From Novosphingobium sp. (GTDB lineage Bacteria > Pseudomonadota > Alphaproteobacteria > Sphingomonadales > Sphingomonadaceae), in the NCBI GenBank assembly GCA_044379435.1, contig JBIPOH010000001.1, positions 1-41,089 on the forward strand: a stretch of 41,089 bases of DNA. Reading direction: 5' to 3'. Shown one piece after another: positions 24,174-33,952 of the stretch (positions are counted from its first letter, which is position 1; each line of letters begins with the position of its first letter). Below the pieces are notes generated by a model that had not been told where the DNA came from, did not search any database, and worked only from the letters and a program-made list of their open reading frames with translations. A program made the position numbers and the translations under genes.

Positions 24174-26791
24174 CCTTCCAGGCTCTTGCTCACCTGCTCG
24201 CGCACATCACGCGACAGGCCGGGTGCTGCTGCGATCCGTTCCAGCTCGGCACGCATCAGCGTCGCGCGGCCCGGTTCGATCCGCCGCCAGCGGCCCAGCG
24301 GCGGCACGAACCGCGCAGCGACATTGCCGTTGATCGGATCGAGCCGCAGGATCAGGTCTGCGATCATCCGATAACCCGCGCCATTGGCCGCATGAAACGC
24401 CTGAGGATTGGCGGCAAACGCCATGTAGAGCGCGCGCACGCGATTGGGGTTCGTCAGCGTGAAGTCCGGATGCTCCGCCAGCGCCGTGACGTGCGCCAGC
24501 GTATCGGGATGGAGCGCGCCCGCCTGGATCGAGAACCACTTGTCGATCACCAGCGCATTGCCGGCAAAGCGCGCGTGGAAATCCGCCAGCGCGGCACGGC
24601 GAGCTTCATCGCATTGCGCCGCCCCGATCCCGGCCAAGACCATCAGCGCGCCCTGCCGGTCGGTCATGTTGTCCGCCGCATCATACTGCGCCTTGGCGCG
24701 CCGGGCGGCTTCGGCGGGATCGCTGGCGGCAAGATAGACCAGCGCCTGCGTCTTCAGCTTGCGCGCGCCGCGCGCGGCGGCCTCAAGGCTATAAGGCACA
24801 GCGCTGCAACGATCATGCAGCGCGTGCCACTGCGCGGCGAGCCCGCTGCCCAGCCAACGCTTCAGGGCTTCCCGCTCGGCATGGATGCGCGACGGATCGG
24901 CCTTGGCCAGTTGCTCGGCGATATAGCCTTCACCGGGCAGGATCAGCAGTTCACCGCGCATCAGATCATCCAGCGCAGCATCAGCCAACACGGCGGCATA
25001 GACATCGCGGATCGCGGCGAGGCCTTCGGCCCGTGCTGCGTCGGTCAACTCGCCCGAAACGGCGGCGACAAGGTGGCGCACCATCAGCTGCTGCATCGCT
25101 TCATAGCGCGCGAAGGGATCATCATCATGCGCGGCCAGGAACACCAGATCGGCGGTCGTCACGTCCATGTCTATGGCGACCGGGGCGGAAAAGCCCCGGT
25201 TGATCGAAAGGACCGGCGGCGCGGCAAAGCCCTCAAAGCTAAAGCACTGTTCAGCTTCAGTCAGCACCAGCAGCTGCTCACCGTCATGCCGGCCCGTGGC
25301 GCGATCAAACAGCGCGGTGCGCAGCGGGATCACCATCGGCTGCTTGTCCGGCTGGCCCGGGGTCGTGGGCACCGTTTGGCGCAGCGTGAGCATCGCAGTT
25401 TCGCCTGCGTGGCTGAGCGTCGCCGTCACACGCGGCGTGCCTGCCTGCTCATACCAGCGGCGGAACTGCTTGAGATCCAGCCCCGCGCCGTCCTCGATAG
25501 CCTTGACGAAATCCTCGCAGGTCGCCGCCTCGCCGTCGTGGCGGTCGAAATAGAGATCGGTGCCCGCACGGAACCGCTCCGGCCCGGCCAGCACGGTCAT
25601 CATGCGGATCACCTCGGCGCCCTTGTTGTAGACCGTCGCAGTATAGAAGTTGCTGATTTCCTGATAGGAATCGGGCCGGATAGGGTGCGCAAGCGGGCCG
25701 GAATCCTCAGGGAACTGCGCCGCGCGCAGCACGCGCACATCCTCGATCCGCTTGACCGGGGCGGAGCCCATATCGGCGCTGAACTGCTGGTCGCGCAGCA
25801 CGGTGAAACCTTCCTTGAGGCTCAGCTGGAACCAGTCACGGCAGGTGACGCGGTTGCCCGACCAGTTGTGGAAGTATTCGTGCGCCACCACGCCTTCGAT
25901 CGCGTCATAGTCGCCATCGGTCGCGGTTTCGGGGTCCGCCAGAATGTAGCGCGTGTTGAAAACGTTGAGGCCCTTGTTCTCCATCGCGCCGGCGTTGAAA
26001 TCCGCCACGGCCACGATGTTGAACAAGTCGAGGTCATACTCGCGGCCATAGACCTCCTCGTCCCAGCGCATAGAATCAATCAGCGCCTTCATCGCATGGC
26101 CGGTGCGCGTTTCGTCGCCCGCGCGGACATAGATCGCGAGATCGACTTTGCGGCCCAAACGCGTGGTGAAGCTATCACGCGCGGCGACCAGATCGCCCGC
26201 GACGAGCGCAAACAGATAGGACGGCTTGGGCCAGGGATCGTGCCATTCCGCCCAGTGCGTCCCGTCGGCATTGTCGCCCGAAGCGACGGGATTGCCGTTG
26301 GACAGCAGCACCGGGAAAGCCGCCTTGTCGCCCGCCATGCGCACGGTGTAGCGGCTCAGCACATCAGGCCGGTCCGGGAAGAACGTGATGCGGCGAAAGC
26401 CCTCCGCCTCGCACTGGGTGCACAGCATCCCGTTCGAGGCATAGAGACCGGAAAGCTGAGTATTGGCCGCCGGATCGATCTCGGTCTCGATGGTGACGGT
26501 ATGGCGCTCGCCGGGCAGATCGATCAGGAGAGCGGAACCCTCCATGCGCCAATCGTTGTGCGAGGTGCCGTCCACCAGCACGGCCTTTGCCGCCAAGCCA
26601 TCGCCATCAAGCCGTAGCGGTGTGATGCTGCTGCCGCTGCGCTCCACCACCAGATCAGCGCGGACGCGCGTGGCATTGAGCGAAAGCGCAAAATCCAGCG
26701 CGATTTCAGGAACGAGCCATTCGGGCGGACGATAATCTGTGCGTTGGATCACGGTTGCGGGAAGGGCGGGCGCGTTCGAAAGATCGTTCAT
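24170..26791 (-). CDS. pepN: aminopeptidase N (M1 family)
   Basis: TQCEAEGFRRIT, GAMENKGLN, HEYFHNW...LKEG, YNKGAEV and NPNRVRAL; start at ATG 26791. Confidence 0.96.
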   Translation of the reverse strand: MNDLSNAPALPATVIQRTDYRPPEWLVPEIALDFALSLNATRVRADLVVERSGSSITPLRLDGDGLAAKAVLVDGTSHNDWRMEGSALLIDLPGERHTVTIETEIDPAANTQLSGLYASNGMLCTQCEAEGFRRITFFPDRPDVLSRYTVRMAGDKAAFPVLLSNGNPVASGDNADGTHWAEWHDPWPKPSYLFALVAGDLVAARDSFTTRLGRKVDLAIYVRAGDETRTGHAMKALIDSMRWDEEVYGREYDLDLFNIVAVADFNAGAMENKGLNVFNTRYILADPETATDGDYDAIEGVVAHEYFHNWSGNRVTCRDWFQLSLKEGFTVLRDQQFSADMGSAPVKRIEDVRVLRAAQFPEDSGPLAHPIRPDSYQEISNFYTATVYNKGAEVIRMMTVLAGPERFRAGTDLYFDRHDGEAATCEDFVKAIEDGAGLDLKQFRRWYEQAGTPRVTATLSHAGETAMLTLRQTVPTTPGQPDKQPMVIPLRTALFDRATGRHDGEQLLVLTEAEQCFSFEGFAAPPVLSINRGFSAPVAIDMDVTTADLVFLAAHDDDPFARYEAMQQLMVRHLVAAVSGELTDAARAEGLAAIRDVYAAVLADAALDDLMRGELLILPGEGYIAEQLAKADPSRIHAEREALKRWLGSGLAAQWHALHDRCSAVPYSLEAAARGARKLKTQALVYLAASDPAEAARRAKAQYDAADNMTDRQGALMVLAGIGAAQCDEARRAALADFHARFAGNALVIDKWFSIQAGALHPDTLAHVTALAEHPDFTLTNPNRVRALYMAFAANPQAFHAANGAGYRMIADLILRLDPINGNVAARFVPPLGRWRRIEPGRATLMRAELERIAAAPGLSRDVREQVSKSLEG

Positions 26792-26905
26792 TCCGCCAAT
26801 GTAGGGAGCCGAAGCCCACGGGGAAACGCAAAATCGGCACGGCCGCACAAACTTCGCGGCAAGAGCGCTTGACGTCGGGCCGGTCGGACAGTCAGGAACC
26901 AGCCC

Positions 26906-27754
26906 ATGAAGCTGTTCATCTTCGGCATGGGCTACACCTCGCAGGTGATTGCGGCGCGGCTGCGCGGCGAAGGCTGGGACGTGAGTGGCACCGGGCGCGA
27001 TGGCACGCTGCGCTTCGACGACCGCGCGGGCGTGCTGGCCGCGCTGGCCGAGGCAAGCCATGTGCTGTCATCCGTGCCGCCAGCGCGTGAGGGCGGCGAT
27101 CCGGTGCTCGATCACTATGGCGATGCACTGGCCGCTGCCCCGTCACAGTGGATTGGCTATCTTTCCTCCACCGGGGTCTATGGCGATACCGGCGGCGCGT
27201 GGGTGGACGAAAGCGCCGAAGTCGGCACCGGGCGGCGGTCTGCCCGAACGGCGGCGGATCTGGCGTGGCAGGAACGGTTCGGTGCGCGGTGCCGCGTGTT
27301 CCGCCTGCCGGGCATCTATGGTCCCGGACGCAGCGCGCTCGACCGCGTGCGCGATGGCGCGGCCAAGCGGATCGCGCTGGAAAATCAGGTGTTCAGCCGC
27401 GTGCATGTTGAGGACATCGCGAGCGGCGTGATCGCGGGGATGGCGGGGCCAGGCGGCGTCTACAATCTGGGCGATGACGAGCCATCGAGCCAGAACGTGG
27501 TGATCGAGGAAGCAGCGCGCCTCATGGGCGTGGCCCCGCCGCCGCTGCAGACGCTGGAGGAAGCCGCGCTATCGCCGATGGCGCTGGCCTTTTACGCTGA
27601 GAACCGGCGCGTAGCGAATGGCAAGGCGAAGCGCCTGCTGGGCTGGCGGCTCGCCTATCCCACCTACCGCGAAGGGTTGCGCGCCCTGAGCGCAACGACC
27701 AGCCCGATCATCGCAAGCACCGCGCCCGCGCCCGCCAGCAGCGACCAGCGGTAG
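26906..27754 (+). CDS. NAD(P)-dependent epimerase / atypical SDR (YeeZ-like)
   Basis: FGMGYT, YLSSTGVYGD, FRLPGIYGPGR, FSRVHVEDI and YPTYREGL. Confidence 0.88.
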   Translation: MKLFIFGMGYTSQVIAARLRGEGWDVSGTGRDGTLRFDDRAGVLAALAEASHVLSSVPPAREGGDPVLDHYGDALAAAPSQWIGYLSSTGVYGDTGGAWVDESAEVGTGRRSARTAADLAWQERFGARCRVFRLPGIYGPGRSALDRVRDGAAKRIALENQVFSRVHVEDIASGVIAGMAGPGGVYNLGDDEPSSQNVVIEEAARLMGVAPPPLQTLEEAALSPMALAFYAENRRVANGKAKRLLGWRLAYPTYREGLRALSATTSPIIASTAPAPASSDQR

Positions 27755-28602
27755 CCTTCGACGGCGGTCGAAATCAGCATCGCGACAACGGGGACGAGCA
27801 CGCCATTATAGGCCGCGCGGCCCGGACCCAGCTTGCGCAGCAGGCCGTTGTACATCGGGAAGGTCACCACCGTGCCGACAATCGCAAGGTAGGCCACCCC
27901 GCCCGCATAGGACAGGCTCCAGATGAAGCGGGGCGGGCCGGAAAGAACCCAGGCAATCGCGGCATCGACCAGTGCGCCGATCAGCATGGCCCAGGCCATG
28001 AGCGTGGGCACCGGCTGACCCCGTGCGGCAGGGCTCGCCTGAATCACATTGCCGACCGAGGCGAACAGCAGCGCGGTGAGCACCATCAGCCCGCCAATGA
28101 TGACCTGGGCCCCCATCGCTGCATTCTGCGCCAGCGCGAGGCGGTATTCGTGAAGCATGAGGAGGCCAATCCCGGCCAGCGCGATACACGTACCCAGCAG
28201 GAAGCCGCGCGTGATCCGCTGGCCAAGGAACACGCGGGACAGCACCGTGTTGGGCACCAGCAGCAGCGCAAAGAGCACCGCCACGAGGCCGGAGGTGAGG
28301 TACTGCTCCGAACGATAGATGAACTGGAAGTTGAGGCTGAACACACTGCAGCCCATGACCGCCGCCACCATCAGGCCGCGCCGGTCCGGCACCAGCGGCA
28401 AGCGCTGGAATGCCGCCAGCGCGAACATGCCGATAGCCCCGCCGGTGAAGCGCCACGTGACCGACCAGCTCGGCGGCACATCACCCAGCTGATACTTGAT
28501 CGCGATCCACGTCGAGCCCCAGATCACCGCAGTGATCAGGAACGGCGCAAGGATGCGCGGATCGAGCAGCCGGGCCTCTCCCGGCCGGTCCACCTCGCTC
28601 AC
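27664..28602 (-). CDS. EamA/DMT family transporter
   Basis: IWGSTWIAIK N-terminal motif, about 10 TM segments in two EamA repeats; GTG start overlaps the aldolase stop. Confidence 0.9.
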   Translation of the reverse strand: MSEVDRPGEARLLDPRILAPFLITAVIWGSTWIAIKYQLGDVPPSWSVTWRFTGGAIGMFALAAFQRLPLVPDRRGLMVAAVMGCSVFSLNFQFIYRSEQYLTSGLVAVLFALLLVPNTVLSRVFLGQRITRGFLLGTCIALAGIGLLMLHEYRLALAQNAAMGAQVIIGGLMVLTALLFASVGNVIQASPAARGQPVPTLMAWAMLIGALVDAAIAWVLSGPPRFIWSLSYAGGVAYLAIVGTVVTFPMYNGLLRKLGPGRAAYNGVLVPVVAMLISTAVEGYRWSLLAGAGAVLAMIGLVVALRARNPSR

Positions 28603-29627
28603 AGTGCGGCCATGGCGCAGGCGAGCGCGGTCACTTCCTGCGGCGGGCTGTTCCACGCGGTGACCAGCCGGGCAGCGCCGAGAGTGCCTGCGGGCGCATC
28701 ATCGGACACGGGCCAATCATAGAAATCGAAACCCTGCGCGCGCAGCGCGGTCTGTTCTGCGGGAGACAGGCTCACGAACACCTCATTCGCCTCAACCGGA
28801 TGGAGCAGCCGGCTGGCGCAGGCGGCGGCGATTTCCTGGGCGGCGGCATTGGCAGCGCGCGCATTATCCAGCCACAGGCCGCCCTCGATCATGGCGAGGA
28901 CCTGCGCGGCGAGATAGCGGCCCTTCGATTGCAGATGCCCCGCGCGCTTGCGGCGAAAACGGACCACATCTGCCAGATCGGGTGCGAAGAAGACCACGGC
29001 CTCCGCGCTCATCCCGCCGTTCTTGACACAGCCGAAGCTGAGCGCATCGACGCCCGCCCGGACAGTGACTTCTGCCGGGTGGCACCCCAGATGCGCCACC
29101 GCATTGGCGAAACGCGCGCCGTCCATGTGCAGCCCAAGCCCACGCTCCTTGGCCAGCGCGCCGATGGCCGCCACTTCGGCAGGCGCATAGACGCGCCCGC
29201 ATTCGGTGGCTTGTGTGATCGAAATCGCATGGGGCTGGACCTGATGGACCCCGGGGCGGATGCCATCGAGCACCGCGCGCAAGCCCTCTGGCGCGAGCTT
29301 TGCCCCGGTACCTTGCGCCAGCAGCAGCTTGGCCCCGTGGAGAAAGAAGCCCGGTGCGCCGCCCTCGTCCATCTCGATATGCGCTTCCTTGTGGCAGACG
29401 ACAGCGCCGTGCGGTGGCACCATGGCGGAAAGCGCAAGGCAATTGGCAGCAGTCCCCGTCGCCACCCACAGCGCCGTGCACGGCACACCGAACAGATCGG
29501 AGAACGCCGCATCGAGCCGGGCCGAAAGCGCATCGCCATCATAGGCGGTATCCGCCGCATCGGCAGCCTGCATCGCGGCCCAGATGCGGGGGTGGACAGG
29601 CGCGGCGTTGTCGGAGAAGAACTTCAT
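28599..29627 (-). CDS. ltaE: low-specificity L-threonine aldolase
   Basis: FFSDN, TGTAANCLAL, SITQATECG, HMDGARFANA and SFGCVKNG (PLP lysine); start at ATG 29627. Confidence 0.9.
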   Translation of the reverse strand: MKFFSDNAAPVHPRIWAAMQAADAADTAYDGDALSARLDAAFSDLFGVPCTALWVATGTAANCLALSAMVPPHGAVVCHKEAHIEMDEGGAPGFFLHGAKLLLAQGTGAKLAPEGLRAVLDGIRPGVHQVQPHAISITQATECGRVYAPAEVAAIGALAKERGLGLHMDGARFANAVAHLGCHPAEVTVRAGVDALSFGCVKNGGMSAEAVVFFAPDLADVVRFRRKRAGHLQSKGRYLAAQVLAMIEGGLWLDNARAANAAAQEIAAACASRLLHPVEANEVFVSLSPAEQTALRAQGFDFYDWPVSDDAPAGTLGAARLVTAWNSPPQEVTALACAMAAL

Positions 29628-29687
29628 GGGCGCGGCCTTAGCGGGCGCGGCGCCCGGTTGGAAGGGCTGGAAGGGCGAGGCGAAACC

Positions 29688-29978
29688 ATGGACGAACCGG
29701 TGATCACGCATCTCGATCAGGGAGCAGAAGGCGAATACCAGGCCCGCCTTGCGGATACCGCGGCCTTTGGCAGGCTGACCTATGTGCGCGTGGGCAATGT
29801 GCTGACGGCCGAACACACGCTGGTGCCGACGGAAATCGGCGGGCGCGGGATCGCGGGCAAGCTGGTGGCGGCGATGGTGGCTGATGCTGAGGCGCAGGGC
29901 TGGAAGATCGTGCCCGAGTGCAGCTATGTCGCCGCGGCGTTCAAGCGCCATCCGGAATGGGCCGACCTGCTGGCGTGA
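29688..29978 (+). CDS. small GNAT-family acetyltransferase (YjdJ-like)
   Basis: EHTLVP..GGRGIAGKLV and KIVPECSYV motifs; 96 aa. Confidence 0.88.
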   Translation: MDEPVITHLDQGAEGEYQARLADTAAFGRLTYVRVGNVLTAEHTLVPTEIGGRGIAGKLVAAMVADAEAQGWKIVPECSYVAAAFKRHPEWADLLA

Positions 29979-30103
29979 AACTCACGACCATCCGCAGAAG
30001 ATCTACGTCAGCAATGAGAAATAAAACACGCATTTTTGCTTAGCCTCTATCCGCCTAACCCTGTTTCCGGCGACTGCTGTGGAAGAGTTGGAGTTTGTTG
30101 CTG

Positions 30104-31474
30104 ATGGGCCAGATACCTTTGTTCGTGATTGCCGGGCAATCCAATGCCGCGTTTGGCGGCATCGACAACCGGCTTTATGAACTCGCCACAGCGCATGGCA
30201 CGGACTTCCAGATCATCAAGTCCGCACTGGGCGGCACATCGCTCTATCCCACCGATGTGCGATTTGACTGGGACCCAGCCTCGGGCGAGCTGTTCACGGC
30301 ACTGGTCAACAAGGTTGCTGCAGCCAGCGAGGCGATCCGCGCGGCGGGGCACGAGCCGGTGGTCCACACCTTCTGGATACAGGGCGAGCAGGATCGCAAG
30401 CAGACGACCTATGGCGACAAGCTGACGGATTTCATCACGCAGTACCGCGAAGCCATTGGCCAGCCCGAATCCCGCTTCACCATCGCCCTGCTGCCCTATG
30501 CCTCCGCCGCGCGCGACGGCCAGCTTGCCGCAGCCGCCTCGCTGGCCAACGTGCTGACGGTCGATCCCGTCGGTGCGAAGACTTGGGATGGCACGCATTA
30601 CGAGAAGCCCGCGCGAGAAGGGCTGGCTGAAAAGTTCTTTACTGCGACCGGGGCCAGCTTCGGCAGCGACCTTGGCTTTGACCACAAGCTGGAAACCCGC
30701 AGCATCCGCGTGCTCGAAGACGGCGTCTATGTGATCGGCCCGCGCTACAGCGATTTCACGTACACCAACACGTCTGCGCCCATCACGATCCGCACCGTAA
30801 ACGGCGATGACGTGATCACCACCGGTGATTTCAACGATGTGATCTCGACCCGCGACAACAACGACAAGGTCTATTCCGGCGGCGGTGCCGATGTGATCGA
30901 CCTGGGTTCGCACGACGATCTGGCTGAAGCAGGCGCAGGCAACGATATCGTGCATGGTGGCCACGGCGATGATCGCATTCTTGGCGAGGATGGGGCCGAC
31001 AGGCTGTTCGGCGATGGGCAGGCGGATCTCCTGCGCGGCGGCTCCGGCGATGACACGCTGGACGGCGGCCAGGGCAATGACCGGCTGATCGGCGATGAAG
31101 GAAACGACCGGCTGCTGGGCGGGGCTGGGGCGGATATCCTGCGCGGCGGCAGCGGCGCAGACCGGTTCATCTTCACGGCCGGCGACTTTGCCGCAGACCT
31201 GCGCGCCAGCCGCGATATGATCACCGATTTTTCGGCGGCGGAAGGCGATGTCATCAACCTCTTCGGCATCGATGCCAACGTCAATCTTGAGGGCAATAAC
31301 CGCTTCACCTTCATCGGCGCGGAAAGGTTCAGCAAAGCGGCGGGCGAACTGCGCCTGGTGCAGACGGCCACCGCCACGTCGATCCTCGGCGATGTAAACG
31401 GCGATGGCGTTGCCGATTTCTGGATCAATCTGCGCGTGGGCACGATGGTGCCAGTCGAAAGCATCGTGCTCTAA
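30104..31474 (+). CDS. SGNH (sialate O-acetylesterase/CE6-like) hydrolase fused to RTX Ca-binding repeats and a serralysin-type C-terminal secretion domain
   Basis: AGQSNA, GGTSL, WIQGEQD and DGTH blocks; GGxGxD nonamers; ITDFSAAEGDVINL...GDVNGDGVADF tail; no Sec signal. Confidence 0.85.
   Translation: MGQIPLFVIAGQSNAAFGGIDNRLYELATAHGTDFQIIKSALGGTSLYPTDVRFDWDPASGELFTALVNKVAAASEAIRAAGHEPVVHTFWIQGEQDRKQTTYGDKLTDFITQYREAIGQPESRFTIALLPYASAARDGQLAAAASLANVLTVDPVGAKTWDGTHYEKPAREGLAEKFFTATGASFGSDLGFDHKLETRSIRVLEDGVYVIGPRYSDFTYTNTSAPITIRTVNGDDVITTGDFNDVISTRDNNDKVYSGGGADVIDLGSHDDLAEAGAGNDIVHGGHGDDRILGEDGADRLFGDGQADLLRGGSGDDTLDGGQGNDRLIGDEGNDRLLGGAGADILRGGSGADRFIFTAGDFAADLRASRDMITDFSAAEGDVINLFGIDANVNLEGNNRFTFIGAERFSKAAGELRLVQTATATSILGDVNGDGVADFWINLRVGTMVPVESIVL
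30794..31171 (+). repeat. 14 tandem 27-bp RTX nonapeptide repeats
   Basis: TVNGDDVIT through GGSGADRFI in exact 9-aa register. Confidence 0.85.
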
Positions 31475-32154
31475 CCGGGATTGTGCCCCAGCTGGTGCGT
31501 GATCTTGTAGGTGCCCTGCCCGCCAGGCACGAGAACGAAGGGCGGTTTCAGCTTGGCGCGCAGGTTCGAGGCGAGCACCTTGAGATAGTTGTAGGATAGC
31601 TCTTCGGCGTTTTGCCCCAGCTCGGCCCTGAGCTTGTAGTGCGACACGGGTTCGCCCAGCCGCTCGGTCAGGAGTGTGAGCAACTGCCGTTCGCGCTTGC
31701 TCAACTGCTCGACATTCGCGACACGTTCGAGCGCGCTGGCCATTTCAAGATCCGTGCGGGCCTTGTTCGCTGCCGCGCTATACCGGGCGGCAATCGCGGC
31801 GCAGCGCATCGCGGCTTCCTCGCCGCTCATCCGGGCGCTGTCGAACACATCATCGAACCCGGCGTTCAGCAGCTTCGCCCGCTTGCCGGCAAGACTGCCA
31901 TGCATCAGCGCGATCTTCACCTTGCTGGCCAGGATCGGACGATTGAGCCGCAGGAAGCGCGCGGCGCGCACCGGATCATTGCCGCCAATGATCAGGGTCT
32001 CGTATCCCGATTCCGCGATGGAGAGAAACCGGGTCTCGAGATCGACAAAGGAATGATGCTCGAACGTACCAAATGCGGCCCGCAACCACGCATCGCGTGC
32101 ATCCCGGTGCAAATCGTTCATGGACAGGTAGCGGATGAAATCAGGCTTACGCAT
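31471..32154 (-). CDS. atypical OmpR-like regulator (degenerate receiver plus winged helix)
   Basis: LLNAGFDDVF receiver remnant; LSKRERQLLTLL...LKVLASNLRAKL...GTYKI wHTH; no canonical phospho-Asp context; start uncertain. Confidence 0.7.
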   Translation of the reverse strand: MRKPDFIRYLSMNDLHRDARDAWLRAAFGTFEHHSFVDLETRFLSIAESGYETLIIGGNDPVRAARFLRLNRPILASKVKIALMHGSLAGKRAKLLNAGFDDVFDSARMSGEEAAMRCAAIAARYSAAANKARTDLEMASALERVANVEQLSKRERQLLTLLTERLGEPVSHYKLRAELGQNAEELSYNYLKVLASNLRAKLKPPFVLVPGGQGTYKITHQLGHNPG

Positions 32155-32622
32155 GGGATCGGGCCGATAATCGGAAGAAGTGGGAGGGAGGTGCGGCTCA
32201 TGCGTCGACCGGGCAGCAATCGGGGATCCGGTTTCGGGCACTGGATCGTTTTCTGGCACTCGGCATGATCCTGTTTGGCCGCTGAACATTACGCATGCCC
32301 ATTTCGGATGTATTCTTCGTGCAGCCCGCCGGTCCAGTGAACAAGTCCCGGTTGGCAAATGGGATGTGGCAAACCGGAGTTAGCGACGGTCCTGCGAACT
32401 CAGCCAACGCAAGATACAGGGTAACGGGTTGCAGGTAGAGCCAGATCGGAGGTTAACGAACCTCGACCACGATCGGCCGGAATCGATAGACTTATGAGTG
32501 CCAAAGGGGGCCGTGGGTTAAGGAATTTGGCGTAATCCGATCAACGCTTCCACGCGGGACAATAACTAATTATATATAGATGACTATGCTTATAATCATA
32601 GTCGGGACCAGGCCTGACCGTC

Positions 32623-33351
32623 CTAATCCGGATGGCGCACTCGCACCGCCACTGCGCCTGCCTCCACCACGAGTTCATTAAACCCGGCGGGGCTGGCCCG
32701 CAGCCGCTGCGAAAGGGTGCCGGCACCGATCATCCGCACCGGACCATGTGCGGTGGGGTGCATGATATCAAACGCATCGTGCACGTGGCCCGAAAGCACC
32801 GCCAGCACGCCGCGCCGCGCCAGCGCTTCCAGCGCGCGCGTGCCGCCCCGGGTCAGAGCCTTGCCGCGCGTGCCGGTTTCCACAAGCGGATGGTGGCAGG
32901 TGACCAGCGCCTGCGTGCCCGGCGGCAGCGCGTCGATCTCGGCAAGGCACGCATCGAGGCTGCGCGCGCCCACGCGGCCTTTGGACCAGTTGATCCGCAT
33001 CTGCGCGCGCGCGGTGGTCTTGAGCGGGACCACGGCGAGGCCCGGCAGCGCGATGCCGTGGTCCACCGCAGACTGCAGCGCGCGGAACCGGCGGTAGGGA
33101 TCGAGGAAACGTTCGGCGAGGTTGAAATAGGGCAGGTCGTGGTTGCCCACTTCCACCCTCACCGGCACCCCCAGCGCGCGAATCCATGCAGCCGCCGCCG
33201 CAAACTCGCGGTGCCGCGCCCGCATCGTGAGATCGCCTGTGATGAGCACCGCATCAGGCCGGTCCTGCGCCACGCATTCGGCAACCCAGCCCAGCGCGGC
33301 CCTGTCCTCCAGCCCGAAATGGACATCGCTGATGTGGAAGAGGCGGATCAT
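32623..33351 (-). CDS. calcineurin-like metallophosphoesterase (Icc/CpdA-like)
   Basis: HISDVH, TGDL, GNHD, HHP and GHVH motifs. Confidence 0.92.
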   Translation of the reverse strand: MIRLFHISDVHFGLEDRAALGWVAECVAQDRPDAVLITGDLTMRARHREFAAAAAWIRALGVPVRVEVGNHDLPYFNLAERFLDPYRRFRALQSAVDHGIALPGLAVVPLKTTARAQMRINWSKGRVGARSLDACLAEIDALPPGTQALVTCHHPLVETGTRGKALTRGGTRALEALARRGVLAVLSGHVHDAFDIMHPTAHGPVRMIGAGTLSQRLRASPAGFNELVVEAGAVAVRVRHPD

Positions 33352-33361
33352 GTCCAGCGCC

Positions 33362-33628
33362 CTAGACTCGGCCCGAAAGGATCAGCCAGGCCGAAATCGC
33401 ATTGAGCAAGCTGTAGGCAAGATAGCCCAGCGCACCCCACACGATCCCTTCGGAAGCAAGCAGCAGCCCGCCCAGCAGCATCAGAAACTCCACCACCAGC
33501 GAAAGGCGGCTGCTGATGGCATGATAGAACCACGGCATCTGATCGAGCAGGGGATGGCCGCTTTCCATGATGGCCCGGTGCAGCGCAAAATTGCCGACGC
33601 CAAGCAGGAAGATAATCAGAATCGCCAT
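33362..33628 (-). CDS. hypothetical small membrane protein
   Basis: 88 aa from ATG 33628 with three hydrophobic helices; GAAGG RBS-like sequence; co-oriented with the phosphoesterase. Confidence 0.7.
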   Translation of the reverse strand: MAILIIFLLGVGNFALHRAIMESGHPLLDQMPWFYHAISSRLSLVVEFLMLLGGLLLASEGIVWGALGYLAYSLLNAISAWLILSGRV

Positions 33629-33952
33629 TCTGCCTTCTCGAATAGGCGGCATGGAGCTCGGTGTCACGCGCAGTAAGCAAGGCTGCGCGCAAGGGTCGTG
33701 CAACAGGCCCTGTTGTCGCTCGTGGACCGGGATTGGCGGTTCGTCGGGCAGGTGGGCGGTTGGTCGGCGCGGCGAGCGGCCCGGTCGAGCACGGCGCGCA
33801 CGGCCCGCTCCGATCACCTAGCAAGATGGGCATGCGGCGGTGGCAAGGCCCCGGACTTCGGACCCCGGACCAGCCAGCCCGACCACCGCTTTCCCTGCCG
33901 AGCCGCCCGCAGCGACCCGGCATCCTGTAGAGCCCAACCAAAGGATTTTGCC

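Noticed and set aside
24392-26617. 741-aa plus-strand ORF
   Set aside because: Antisense shadow of pepN
30794-31171. Periodic 27-bp repeats as a CRISPR-like array
   Set aside because: They are in-frame RTX coding repeats with no unique spacers and no cas genes
32163-32170. GCCGATAA sigma28 -10 element
   Set aside because: No matching -35 at the right spacing, and it points away from the adjacent gene
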